Shown: positions 1-11,341 of the stretch, piece by piece
Numbering within the stretch: the stretch's first letter is position 1
Layout of the letters: each line of letters starts with the position of its first letter
Notes under the pieces: model-generated
Database searches by the model: none
What the model was told of the DNA's origin: nothing
What the model saw: only the letters and a program-made list of their open reading frames with translations
Assembly (NCBI GenBank): GCA_964016885.1
Contig: OZ024763.1
Span: 9,672,001-9,736,000 of the forward strand
Direction: 5' to 3'
Source: Eledone cirrhosa
Lineage: Eukaryota
DNA length: 64,000 bases
Translations under genes and position numbers: made by a program

Positions 1-94
1 CACTGGATAGAACCTAGCCACTGAAATGTACATAATGTTTGCAGAAATAAAACTTTGAAGGAATTTCGCCAGTCCTGTCATTTTATTCAATAAT
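1..94 (+). mobile_element. Truncated PLE pseudo-LTR (family B) with 3' half of a hammerhead motif
   Basis: GAAA(23-26)-TGTACA palindrome-TA-ATGTTT followed by AATAAA...GAAGGAATTTC. Homologous to the copies at ~10060-10180 and ~21780-21900. The 5' half lies outside the window. Confidence 0.6.
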
Positions 95-107
95 ATATCT
101 ATATATC

Positions 108-392
108 ATCATTATCATCATCATCGATTAATGTCTATCTTCCACATTAGACGGGTTTGTCCCATTTAGAGGCAAGTTGGATTGGATGACCGTGTCTTGC
201 TCATATAGGAGAGTTTCTGGCTGGTTTTCTATGGCTGGATGCCCTTCCTAACGCCAACCACATTGGCAGTGTGTGCTGAGTGCTTTTACTGTGTCTTTTA
301 CACATCCACTTTACAGTGTGGGCTGGGTGCTTTTTGTCCTGACACCTACACAATCACTTTACCATGTGGGCTGGATGTTTTGTGGTACCAGT
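108..392 (-). mobile_element. RTE-derived non-autonomous element / 3' UTR fragment (GGAAGGGCATCC module plus (ATG)n tail)
   Basis: Reverse complement matches 31010-31263 (3' UTR of an RTE copy), including the ~42-bp subrepeat and the GATGAT tail. Confidence 0.7.
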
Positions 393-563
393 ATAATATA
401 TATATATATATATATATGCATATATATACATGCACATATCATGATTATGACATACACATACATATATATATTTGCGTGCATATACATATACTATACATAC
501 ACATATCATACATATACATACACCCTTCATACATATACACACATAAATATATATATATATGAA

Positions 564-893
564 GGCACATGGCTTAGTGGTTAGAGCATTGGCCTTGCAA
601 TCAAAAGGTTGTGAGTTCAATTCTCAGACCGGGTGTTGTGTTGTTTCCTTGAGCAAGACACTTTATTTCACATTGCTCCAGTTTACTCAGCTGTAGAAAT
701 GAGATGATAGGGACTGGGGTCCATATCTCTGCAAAGTGGTCGTGGAGGTGCCACGGCAAAAAGCACCCAGCACTCACTGTAAATGAGGTTGGTGTTAGGA
801 AGGGCATCCAGCTGTAGAAATCAAGCCAGAATCAGTTACCGTCCCACCCTTACAAGCAGGGAAAAGCGGACGTAAAATGATGATGATGATGAT
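564..893 (+). mobile_element. tRNA-derived CORE-SINE (family 1) with RTE-type 3' tail
   Basis: A box TGGCTTAGTGG, B box GAGTTCAATTC, MIR/CORE-like TCCTTGAGCAAGACACTT...CAGTTTACTCAGCTGTAGAAATG, GGAAGGGCATCC module, 3' end CCCTTaCAAGCAGGGAAAAGCGGACGTAAAA(TGA)n shared with RTE LINE ends. Flanked by TA repeats. Confidence 0.85.
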
Positions 894-1683
894 ATATCAT
901 CAACGTCGTCGATTAGCGTTCATCATTCATGGGTAGGACGGATTGTCCCTTCTATAGCTCACCTGGGGCAGACTTTGGCCAGGTTTCTACAGCTGGATGC
1001 CCTTCCTACCACCAACCTCATTTACAGTGAGTGCTGGGCACCAAGGTCATGTCACCGACATGACCACATATATAGAGAGGTATGTTGGGAGGGAGGGAGA
1101 GAGGGAGGTATATATGTAGGTAGGTATATACCTGTCTGTACGAGTGATGAAAACATTCAAATCAATAGAATTATATACATGTTTTTGATCAACGTAAACT
1201 ACAAGTTAGAGCAGGTAAAAAATATTAACTGATATTTACCTGAACCTAACGAACTTGTAGGTGAATCTTGAGGCTTATCTTCTTTCTTCGATAAAAAAAT
1301 AAAAACTCTTTCACTCCTCATTCTTTATCATTATCGTTTTATTTCTCTCTCTCTTTCTCCCATTCACTCTTTCTCTCTCTCTCTTGTCCTCTCTCTCTCT
1401 CTCACTCTTTCCCTCTATTTCTCTCTCTCCACAGACACTCATATTCGTATATAGCTTTCAACAGCCAGCCTCATATACATGTACAACACACATCCACAAT
1501 TTGCTTTTTTTTCTTAGAAAGTCCCGAACAATAAGTGAAGCCACTTAATGTAAGGGACTACGAAGAAGGAGAAATTAAGACGAATGGAATGTATTTATTT
1601 TAGACTTGAAAGAGTTCAGGTCATAAGATAGAAGAGAGTTTTAAAATCTAGCAGTTGAGGGTAAAAATCTACGTGACTACCTT

Positions 1684-1895
1684 CATCATCATCATCATCA
1701 TCATCGTTTAACGTCTATCTTCCATGCTAGCATGGGTTTAGATGGGAATTGTCCCACTTGAGGCAAGATTGGTCATCTTGCTCGTATGGGACTGTCTAGC
1801 AGGTTTTCTATGGCTGGATGCCCTTCCTAACACCAACCACGTTTACAGTGTGGACTGGGAGGTTTTTACCGTGTTACCTACACGGCCACATTACA
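1684..1895 (-). mobile_element. RTE-derived 3' UTR / non-autonomous fragment
   Basis: (CAT)n, then CCATGCTAGCATGG hairpin, then CTGGATGCCCTTCC module on the + strand. Confidence 0.7.
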
Positions 1896-1914
1896 TATAC
1901 CTTATATGTTAAAA

Positions 1915-2610
1915 CCACAACAACGCTTGGATGAAGACATTATGAGTTCCGAGTTAGGCAAGATGGCGCAAGGGGATTTGGAACTAAAAGAGAAAATTCA
2001 TCAGAGCTCCTCATGTGTCAATAATGATAGAAAAGACTGAGAGTGGTGACATCACATCGATGTGACAAAGTTTGCAGAGTTGAAGCAAGAGAGGGACCAA
2101 TTAGAGACTCACTTCTGAATCTGGTCGAGGAGATCCAAGTGACAAGATGGAGTACCTGCCCAAATATGACAATAATATTCCATACAAAGATGAATTGTCA
2201 ACTTGTAAAGATCCAAAATGGCTTCAGATGTGAGGAAGCCCTTTGACCCATACAATAACCCAACCTTACAAGAAGCAGACCTATCAATTGATTGTATGTA
2301 AGAGTCCCAAGAAAGATCAGGTGAGAAAGTAATACCAAGTAAATTCAAAGAAGATCCTTCCTCAAGTAGTTTGACTGTCTTACCATGTGACACATGAGAC
2401 CCATGACTTATGTAAATGCTGGAATATAGGGGTTCTGCTTCCTAACCAAAATACATGAGTCTGGTCTTGCCAAGATTGAAAGTTACTTGCCACTTCTCAC
2501 CCCATTTCTTAACAGCAAGATTAGCAGCAAATTCCAACTGTTTCACGGGAGAAAGATTGCCAGGAGAACCAGAATAAAGAGTAGTATCATCAGCATTATT
2601 ATTGATGAAT
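1915..2610 (-). pseudogene. CR1/Jockey-group LINE reverse transcriptase C-terminal fragment
   Basis: ADDTTLY motif near 2597-2575, then LNLLGITFSPDLSWDSYI...LYKLTIHLCMEYYCHIWAG (ORF 2109-2393). Broken frames. Confidence 0.75.
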
Positions 2611-2744
2611 TGAAGATAATTTAAAGTCCACTTTTTCTGGTAGCAAAGCTTGGATGGGTCATCAGTAAACCAAATTGTTACTCAAAACTGAGGTGCTGAC
2701 CAGAAGGAGAGCCAGGAGCCTGCATCTTATTTGCATATGTTCCA

Positions 2745-3292
2745 TCCTACTGAGTGTATTTTATCCTGACACCAGCATGATGGAGGTTGTCATATGTTTG
2801 ATACTGTTGAAGAATCTTCACAACCCTTTGTTTGACAGGTTTCCTATGCCTGGATACCTTTCTTATCAGGAACCACTTTATAGAACATACTGGGTGTGTT
2901 TACCATGTAAATCACCAACATTAGGGAGGTTAACTGAAGAGTCCTTCCAACCCTCTGTTTGGCAGATTTATTACAGCTGGACGCCCTTCCTATCACCAAC
3001 CACTTCAGAGTGTACTGGGTGTGTTTATCATGTACATCATCAATACTAGGGAGGTTGTCACATTTTGACACCATTAAAGAGTTCTCCTGACCCTTTGTTT
3101 GGCAGGTTTTCTAAGGCTAGGTGCCCTTCCTATCACCAATCACTTCACAGTGTGTACAGGGTGCGTTTATTGTGTAGATCATCAACATTAGGGAGGTTAT
3201 TATGTCTTGGACACAACTAAAGGGTCCTCCCAACCCTTTGTTTGGCAGGTTTTCCACAAGCCCTTCCTATTAATAACCATTCAATCACTTAT
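2745..3292 (-). repeat. Tandem array (~4 units, ~127-142 bp) of the RTE-associated GGAAGGGCATCC module
   Basis: CCCT(T/C)TGTTTG(G/A)CAG...CCTTCCTATCACCAA...GGGAGGTT recurs at ~2824, 2951, 3091 and 3233. The unit resembles 43315-43420. Confidence 0.75.
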
Positions 3293-3318
3293 AATGTGTA
3301 CATATATATATATATATA

Positions 3319-4601
3319 CAGGGTGTGGACGATATTTGTTCGCAATTTTCAACTGCTAATTTTATACAAATTTTTTTACTTCCGTTGTCACTCTTGTGTT
3401 CATAAAAACAGTGACTATATTTCCATTATTTATTTTCAGAATAATTGATTATGAATAATTTTGAACTTCCAAATTTGTGGAAGAGACATGGAGTTCTTCT
3501 TGGAATCCGCGCCGGGAGGACAAATAAGGAAATTTCAGACTTTCTCAGTGTCAACAGGAGAATGGTGGAAAAAGTCAGAAAGGAATTGGAAGATTCAGGA
3601 TTCGACTACGAAGCGACATCAGAGAGGAAAACACGTGATCGACGATCTGACGCCTTCAGAATGCCCGAGTTCGTCGCTGAAGTTCAGGATATCATCGACA
3701 ATGAACCTAGAAAGTCAATGCGTGGATGAAAAGCTCATTAGGCTGGTGGTACATGAAGACATTCGCTACGTTTCATACAAGATGAGGAAAGGACAATTTC
3801 TGTCAAAGGCGATGCAAGAAAAGCGACTGAAGCACGCAAAGAAGCTGATCAATAAGTTGAAACACCCACTGGAGCCAGACATGCTGTGGTTTTTCTCCGG
3901 CGAGAAAAACTTCTGCCAAGACCAGAAGATCAACTCCCAGAACAACAGGTGGCTCGCTGTCTCATCCAAAGATGTGCCCAGAGTCATGCTGACAAAGTTT
4001 CCAGCGACAACATTGGTCTTAGGTGTTGTCAGCAGTCAAGGTGACGTCATGCTACCTCACTTCTTTCCTGAGGGCCTCAAGCTGAACACTGATGGCTACA
4101 TCCGTGTTCTGAGCGAGGTAGTAAAGCCCTGGATCGACCAGGTAGCTGCAGGTAGGCCGTACGTGTGGCAGCAAAACTCAGCGCCCTGCCATACCAGCCA
4201 AAAGACCCAAGCCTGGCTGTCAGAGAACTTTGTCGACCACACTTCACCTGACATCTGGCCTCCCAGCTTGCCTGAATGCAACCCCCTCGACATCGTTGTG
4301 TGGGGCGCAGTGGAACGAGACACCAACAGATCTAGCTGCAATACGATAGACGATCTGAAGGCCAGGATCACAAGTGCCTTTAGGGGCCTAAGTCGGGGGA
4401 CAGTGACGAAGGCCTGTAGCCGTTTCCGAGGCCGCCTTGAGGCCGTCATCAAAGCCAATGGCGGGTTTATCGAGTGAGATCGAAAGAACAAGTCATGAAG
4501 ACAAACTGACCCAAGTTTGATAAATAAATCTTAAGAAATAAAACTACTGTGTTATTTTTTCCTAGACAGTAATCTTGCGAACAAATATCGTCTGCACCCT
4601 G
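3319..4601 (+). mobile_element. Tc1/mariner superfamily DNA transposon, maT (DD37D) type
   Basis: 27-bp TIRs: CAGGGTGTGGACGATATTTGTTCGCAA (3319-3345) and its reverse complement at 4575-4601 (2 mismatches). TA on both sides. Contains a transposase. Confidence 0.95.
3451..4477 (+). pseudogene. maT/DD37D transposase, frameshifted and catalytically degenerate
   Basis: N-terminal HTH-like region in ORF 3445-3729, frameshift near 3720, then WFFS(G)EKNF, WQQ(N)SAPCH and PECNPLD with 37 residues between the 2nd and 3rd catalytic positions. The first two Asp are mutated to G and N. Confidence 0.9.
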
Positions 4602-4627
4602 TATATATATATATATATATACCTCCA

Positions 4628-5342
4628 TCATTGTTTTAATGTCTACTTTTTCAGTTAGCAAGGTTTGGATGGGTCTACATAGACCAAATCAGTACTAAAT
4701 TGGGGCTACTTATCCCCCAGACAGGCCATGGATAAGCATCTTGCTTACATACGGTACAATATCACGTTGTTTCCTTAATTACTAGTGCCATAACCCTTTC
4801 AGTAACTTTCATGACCTGGTCCATTAACTTGACACCTCTGTAGTTACTTCTCTCTGGTGCATCCCCTTTTCCCCTGTAGCAATTTACAATGACACTGCTG
4901 TACCAGTCATTGGGTATGACACTATCCTGTACTACTTGAGGAACTATGCATTTGACTAGCTCATATCCTACCATGCCAGATGCTATTAGTATCTCAGCAA
5001 CTGTATCAGATGGTTCAGCTGCTTTCCTTGCCTTCATGTTCTTAATTACTTTATCTATCTTACTGTTGTCAACTTTTATGGCTGGTCCCTCAGTAAGGTC
5101 TGCATGAAGTAGGCCTTAGTGTCCAATTAATTTTCCTTATTCAGCAGTCTCCCATAGTATGTCTTCCATGACTCCTTCTTTTCAATGCCAGACAGGGCTA
5201 GTGTTCCGTTATCATTTCAGACACACCTTTTCCCAACCACATCACGATTTTCTCTAGCATACTGTCTTGAAATCCTGAACACTTTATGCCTTTCATCTTC
5301 ACAATGCAGAACATATGCAAACTTCTTTTCAGCAACTTCCCT
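4628..5342 (-). pseudogene. RTE LINE fragment (pre-RT region) joined to an RTE-like 3' end
   Basis: MKARKAAEPS...IPNDWYSSVIVNCYRGKGDAPERSNYRGVKLMDQVMKV. 4628-4750 resembles the 3' end at 2620-2740. Confidence 0.8.
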
Positions 5343-5694
5343 CACTACATACACCCACACACACATGCACACACACGCACATATATATATATATGTGTGT
5401 GTGTGTATGTGTGCGCGCGCGCGCGTGTGTGCATGTGTGTGTGTATATATATATATATATAAATTATATATCTGTTCTTATATTTACATGCATGTATGAT
5501 CTGAGTGCAAAGCTTGAGCTGTACAACTGAAAGCAAGTGTATTCTTGCATAAGTTATGTAAACTTGAATATTTATTGAACATATACTGAATATCAATATG
5601 GATTTAATTGATATAACAGACCAGCATGACCAGCAGAAATAACAACCACAACAACAATAGCAACAATATACATATATTATACACATAAAGTGCC

Positions 5695-5945
5695 AGCATG
5701 GCTGTGGCATGACGTAGGGAGTCCACTTCACATCTATGTGGTTTCATGTTCACTCCCCCTGTGTAAGGGATGTGCCTTCTGCTATAGCCTCTCGTTGACC
5801 AATACTTAGTGAGTAAAATTTGGTAGTCAGAAACTGTGTAGAAGCCCATTGAGGTGGGTTGTGAGTTCAATACCCGAACCAAGCAGTGTGTTATGTCCTT
5901 GAGCAACACATTGTCCCAGTTCACTGAAGTGTAGAAATAAGTTGC
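5695..5945 (+). mobile_element. Two decayed tRNA/CORE-type SINE fragments (family 3, then family 1-like)
   Basis: GCATGGCTGTGG head...CTATAGCCTC...AATTTGGTAGTCAGAAACTG, followed by GTGAGTTCAATACC...GTCCTTGAGCAACAC...CAGTTCACTGAAGTGTAGAAAT. Confidence 0.55.
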
Positions 5946-6269
5946 TACGTCACTGGTGTCAACTGTGTCAGCCTAAGTCTGTCCCTTGGATGACATCTGT
6001 CTCATGGAGACTGGCATCTGCAAAACACCTTGCTCAGGCTTGTACTTCAAAAGGGAACTTTCTAGGTGTAAAACCCAAAGTCATTCAAGAGCAAAAGGTG
6101 TCTTTACACTTACCTATATACATGGTCCCATAAATCCATATGTCAATACAGTTTTGGGCAGTTTAAACCTGGTAGAGTCCCTCTCCAGATCTGAGTACAG
6201 CAGATTTCTTCCAGAGAAAGATGAGGGAGAAGAAGTAAGAAAGAGATATAGCAAAAGAATCGACCCCTG

Positions 6270-6360
6270 TACTAGGCTGGTACTTTTTCTATTGACCTCG
6301 AAAGGATAAAAGGCAAAGTTGACCTCAGTGGGATTTGAATTTAGAGAACAAAGAGCTGAA
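6270..6360 (-). mobile_element. Meta-domain-type SINE (family 2) fragment
   Basis: Reverse complement of GAGGTCAACTTTGCCTTTTATCCTTTCGAGGTCAATAG...AGTACCAG. Same family as 38490-38686. Confidence 0.65.
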
Positions 6361-6772
6361 AGGAATATATACTCAGGTGACGACGTTAGCTGTCAAGAAC
6401 TGCTACTTAGTCACTCACAGACCTTTACAATAGAACATATAAGGATCTCTCCTCATTGACAACTCTCTGTATTGGTCCTGGCCATGTTTGTTCCTTCCCG
6501 ATGATTCTGGAATTAACACATTGCTTCTGTGTACTGGGTGCAGCAATTTCACTCTGATACAGGGAAGAAACCAACAAATTTAGTTTGGTCCAAGCTGATT
6601 TATTTAACACCCGCACATAATCCCGAACTTACCACTAATAACTAAATGTGTGCGTTCTGAATCACGGACTGGCACTTCTGAAATGAAAGTCCTGTGAAAT
6701 CATTGAGTGAGTGAGAAATTTCGGCATAATAGCACACACTCAATTTATTTAGTTCAATACACTTATATATAT

Positions 6773-8910
6773 ATACGGTGGTGGAACAGCACGGTAGATA
6801 TAGCCATTAAAGACAAAAGACTAACATGGAAGGCTTGGAAAAATGGTGGGAGTATAGACCGATATACAGCCGCTAAGAGAGAAGCTAGACGTCAAGTGTA
6901 CTTAGCACACAGGGAGGCTGAGAGTAGGAGGTTTGCCAATGTTCTGCGACGGGAAGATCCGAAGCGTGCAGTGTTCCACATTGCAAGGCAGTGTGTCACT
7001 GTAAATCAGGATGTTGTTGGAGATAAGTGTGTACGGAATGATGACAGTGCACTTAGCCTCACTGATGCACAGAAAAAGGAGGCCTGGAAATGTCATTATA
7101 AGAGACTGATGAATGTGGACAACGAATGGGAGAGAGAGAAATTACTCTCAGTAGACCCTACAGAGGGACCAGCTATTGAGATTGATGAATATAGGGTCCA
7201 AGAGGCAATTAAGGAAATGAAAAGTGGTAAGGCCACTGGACCATCCGGGAATAGTTGCTGAGATGCTGAAGGCATCAGGGGACGTAGGCACTAAACTGGT
7301 TGCACGCATTGTCAATCAAGCTATATAATTGTTTCTACTTTTGGCACAAGGCCAGCAATTACCCAGTACATTACTGGTACTTTATTTTATCGACTCCGTA
7401 AGGATGAAAGGCAAAGTTAACCTCAGTGGGATTTGAACTCAGACAATAAAGAGTATAATGTAGAATCATACCCAAAGACTGGTGCAGCAGTATTCTTGTT
7501 AATTGCTACAAAGGTAATGGGGATGCTCTGGAGAGGAGCAATTATAGGGGCATAAAGCTGATGGATCAGGTTATGAAAGTGGCAGAGAAAATATTAGCGC
7601 AACTGATTAGAGAAATGGTCAAATTAGATGAGATGCAGTTTGGTTTTGTGCCTGGGAAAAGTACAACAGATGCCCTCTTTTTGGTGAGGAAATTACAAGA
7701 GAGGTTCTTAGAGAAAAATAAGCCACTATACTTAGCTTTTGTTGACCTAGAGAAGGCTTTTGATAGAGTACCTTGATCTGTCATCTGGGGGTCCCTAAGG
7801 AAACTAGGTGTTGAGGAATGGCTTGTGAGGACAGTGCAAACTTTTACCAGAGGTGCTATCAGTAAAGTGAGGGTAGGAATGGAGTTTAGTGAGGAATTCC
7901 AGATACAAGTAGGAGTACATCAAGGTTCGGTCCTCAGCCCACTCTTGTTCATTATAGTTCTCCAAGCCATAACAGAGGAGTTTAAGACTGGCTGCCCATG
8001 GGAACTTCTCTATGCTGACGATCTGGTTCTTATAGCAGAATTAGTAGAGGAGCTAGAGAAGAAATTCTGGCTATGGAAACAGCAGTTGGAAGCAAGAGGA
8101 CTGAGAGTGAACCTAGCTAAGACAAAAGTGTTGATAAGTAGAAAAGAGGACAAAACTCTGATTCCATCAGGGAAATAGCCATGTTCGATATGCAGAAAAG
8201 AAGTTGGCATAAATTCTATAAAATGTACACAATGGAGCTCTTGGGTACGCAAGAGATGTGGGATAGCAGGCAAGCTAACAGGTAGGGAGAAATACGTATG
8301 CACTAGATGTACAAGGAAATTAGACAGTAGAAGTTGCAGTAATAAACATATTTTTCAAATGCAGGTAGGATCTATAGAAGTGGTTGATAGCTTCTGGTAC
8401 CTAGGTGATCAGATTAGCAAGGGAGGAGAATGCTCCGAGGCCATAGTATCTAGAATAAGGACAGGTTGGAAGAAGTTTAGGGAGCTGCTTCCTCTACTGA
8501 CAAAGAAGGGCTTCTCCTTATGAACGAAATGCAGTTATATGATGCCTGTGTGAGATGTGCGATGCTGCAAGGTAGTGAGACAAGGGCAGCAACTGCAGAG
8601 GATATGCGACGGCTGGAGAGAAATGAAGTAAGTATGCTCCGTTGGATGTGCAATGTCAATGTACGTGAATGACCAAGCATGGATCAGTTGAGAGAGAAAC
8701 TGTGTATAACAGGGATAAGTTGTGGTGTGTGGGAGAGAAGACCACGAAAATCATGGGCGGAGGTGGTTAGAACTGACCTCAGATTGCTGAAGCTCACGGA
8801 GGAGATGACGAAGGACCGTGACAAATGGAGAGATGCTGTGCTTAACAGGACTCATCCCACCCTTGCAAGCAGGGAAAAGAGGACGTTAAATGATGATGCT
8901 GATGATGATA
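6773..8910 (+). pseudogene. RTE-clade LINE, 5'-truncated, RT domain to 3' tail
   Basis: WWN...KSGKATGP, QFGFVPGKSTTDA, AFVDLEKAFDRVP, GVHQGSVLSPLLF, YADDL, GLRVNLAKTK. Ends in CCCTTGCAAGCAGGG...GGACGTTAAA(TGA)n. Stops and frameshifts present; interrupted by a SINE at ~7325-7452. Confidence 0.95.
7325..7452 (-). mobile_element. Meta-domain-type SINE (family 2) inserted into the RTE
   Basis: Reverse complement of B box, GAGGTTAACTTTGCCTTTCATCC and GGCCTTGTGCCAAAAGTAGAAACAATTAT. It splits an RTE sequence that is continuous at 29575-29615. Confidence 0.8.
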
Positions 8911-9279
8911 AAGTTATATTTGTATATATACAGAATAGAAGTAACTGTGATTGCATACATATGTAAAAAATTTTACTCATTTTTAGACATGTAACTAAGC
9001 CAAATATACATATTTCCTTGTTGAAATATTTATAAGGTTTACAAGCCTCATTGGGCTTTAATCAGAAGGTATATACCATCTTAACAAATTATATACACAT
9101 TCCCAGACAAGTTGGAACCCAATGTTGCATGCCTAGGCAAGATTAACAATTAAAAAAAGTAATATCTACACATCCATATGTGTGTATTATATGTCAAGTT
9201 ATAAACCTTTCATACTTTATATAGTTTATCAATATATAATTCCTGTATGTTTAGTAATAGCTCCGTTCTTAGGTAAATG

Positions 9280-9850
9280 TCACCACCACCACCACCATCA
9301 CCACCACCACCTTCAACACAAACCACCACCACCACCACCAACAACAACACCACCACCATCATCTTCATCAACACCACCACCACCACCATCATCTTCATCA
9401 ACACCACCACCACCACCATCATCTTCATCAACACCACCACCATCATCATCATCAACAGCAGCACCACCACCACCACCACCATCATCATCAACAGCACCAC
9501 CACCACCATCATCAACACCACCACCACCACTACCATCATCATCATCATCAACAGCAGCACCACCACCACCACCACCACCAACACCACCATCAACACCACC
9601 ACCATCATCTTCATCAACAGCACCACCACCACCACCATCATCATCAACAGCACCACCACCACCATCATCAACACCACCACCATCATCAACAGCACCACCA
9701 CCACCATCAACAGCACCACCACCACCACCACCATCAACACCGCCACCACCACCACCACCATCACCAACACCACCACCACCACCATCTTCATCAACACCAC
9801 CACCATCATCTTCATCAACACCACCACCACCATCACCATCACTACCATCA
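9280..9850. repeat. Compound (CAC/CAT/CAA)n trinucleotide repeat
   Basis: Directly visible. Explains the Pro/Ser, Thr/Ile and Val/Met ORFs at 9182-9921. Confidence 0.95.
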
Positions 9851-9964
9851 ATTTGGAAAAACTACAAATGCTCTATATATTCTTAAAAAGATTGAAGGAT
9901 GAGTATTTAAGCTTTATTTGATTCTGAGTTAAGACTCTATTGGTTTTATATATATTAATTATTA

Positions 9965-10306
9965 TAACCAGGCTAGAAGCTGCTAAATGGTCGGTCACCC
10001 TCCTGCCTCTGCTTTTCAGCGCCATGTATTTTATCTGTTATATTCCTTTGTTATATTTCGAATACCTGATGATGTCACCGGATTCATACTGAACCCGGTT
10101 ACTGAAATGTTCATAGTATAATAAACCTTTCAAGGAATTACCTCAGTCCAGCCTCCTGTTATTTTATAATAATTAACTTCGTACTTGCACCACCAACAAC
10201 ACGAACGAAGATGGTTGAGTTGCATTACGTCGAGTGCTCTCCCTAATATTACAACAAGGTTGACCATACAGAATGACCAGTTCTATCCAGAATCAACAAA
10301 CCTAAA
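9965..10306 (+). mobile_element. PLE pseudo-LTR, family B
   Basis: Homologous to 21660-22045 and 1-94. Contains a hammerhead motif and AATAAA, and ends AACAAACCTAAAT in a TA repeat. Confidence 0.7.
10062..10119 (+). ncRNA. Minimal type I hammerhead ribozyme motif (family B)
   Basis: ATAC-CTGATGA(10066-72)-tGTCACCGG...CCGGTTACt-GAAA(10104-07)-TGTTCA-TA-GTAT. Stem I is ATAC/GTAT; stem II is 8 bp with one mismatch. Confidence 0.75.
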
Positions 10307-10529
10307 TATATATATATCATAACTGCCACTTCTTTACAGGAGAGGACCATCTCTTTAATGTTGTGCTGGACTGCCATGAGCCAGCGAATGACTCTGCAAC
10401 CCTTTTACAGATGTGACACACATGAGGTCCCCAGATAGTCCTGAATATAACTTCTCTTTAGGCACTCTCATGTGCCGCTTCAGAACCAGACCACCAAGCT
10501 TTCTCTCAAATCTGACACAAATACCCTGC

Positions 10530-11155
10530 CAGCCTTTCAGGGAGGCCATCAACATAATTGGCCTCAGACTGTTATTTGCTGTGAGCTCTTAAATGACTAG
10601 CAAGCCTGGTATGAGAAAGAACCTTTCCACAGATGTTACAGACATGCTCCTCTGGGACTGAGTCTCCATCACCCTTCCTGAGTGCTCTAATAACACTGAA
10701 TGTTCAATACTTTTAACCTCTAAATGATTACAACCATCGTAAACCAGACTTCTCCAACCAGATCTACTTTCTGTCACATCTTCCAATCCTCGACACCAAT
10801 ACCAAGTGTCTTCAGGTTGCCTTTGACAGTATCCCTGAAACTTACCTTGGGCTTGTGTCTGGGGTGTTTATCAAGAGTTGCCTATCCATACCAAATCTAC
10901 TTAGGCCACCTCTCACCTCCCATCTCCCTTAAATGCCCTGCCCAACACAGTTGGTTTTGAATAAGCAGTTGTTCTATGCTGGATGTATTGCTCACTGCAG
11001 AACAATGTGTCAGGTATAAATAACATTAATGCTCAAAATATTCCTTAAACATTTTTTGGGGAATCTTTCCAATGTCTTGATATGATGTCGATATGTGGTC
11101 CAATTCTCAGAAGAGTACAAGAGAGCAGCCAGGACAGAGAATTGGTAGACACCAA
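10530..11155 (-). pseudogene. RTE (BovB-like) LINE 3' fragment
   Basis: LLYSSENWTTYRHHIKTLERF..., WAGHL, GKHPRHKPKVSFRDTVK on the minus strand, frameshifted. Confidence 0.7.
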
Positions 11156-11341
11156 TCTACCTACTAAATGATTTGCTGGGTTTTTTTATCTTTACTTGAT
11201 TTCAGAATCTAATGTCAGATTAGGTCTCTGCCTGTTACTGGTACCATGTAGCCCACTACAACTTGTTTCATGGTCGGGTGGTTGGTGATTAAACTGGCTC
11301 CTCCATCAGACCTTCATCTGGTAAGGGGTATAAATGGAAAC

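Noticed and set aside
564-635. tRNA gene (apparent GCA anticodon)
   Set aside because: No proper acceptor stem or terminator. It runs into CORE and LINE-tail sequence and is multi-copy, so it is a SINE head.
6773-8910. Active autonomous LINE or bacterial retron/group II RT
   Set aside because: Motifs and the (ATG)n tail are RTE-clade non-LTR. The copy is 5'-truncated with stops, frameshifts and a SINE insertion.
9182-9921. Proline-rich extensin/formin-like ORF
   Set aside because: A pure trinucleotide repeat open in several frames on both strands, with no supporting domain.
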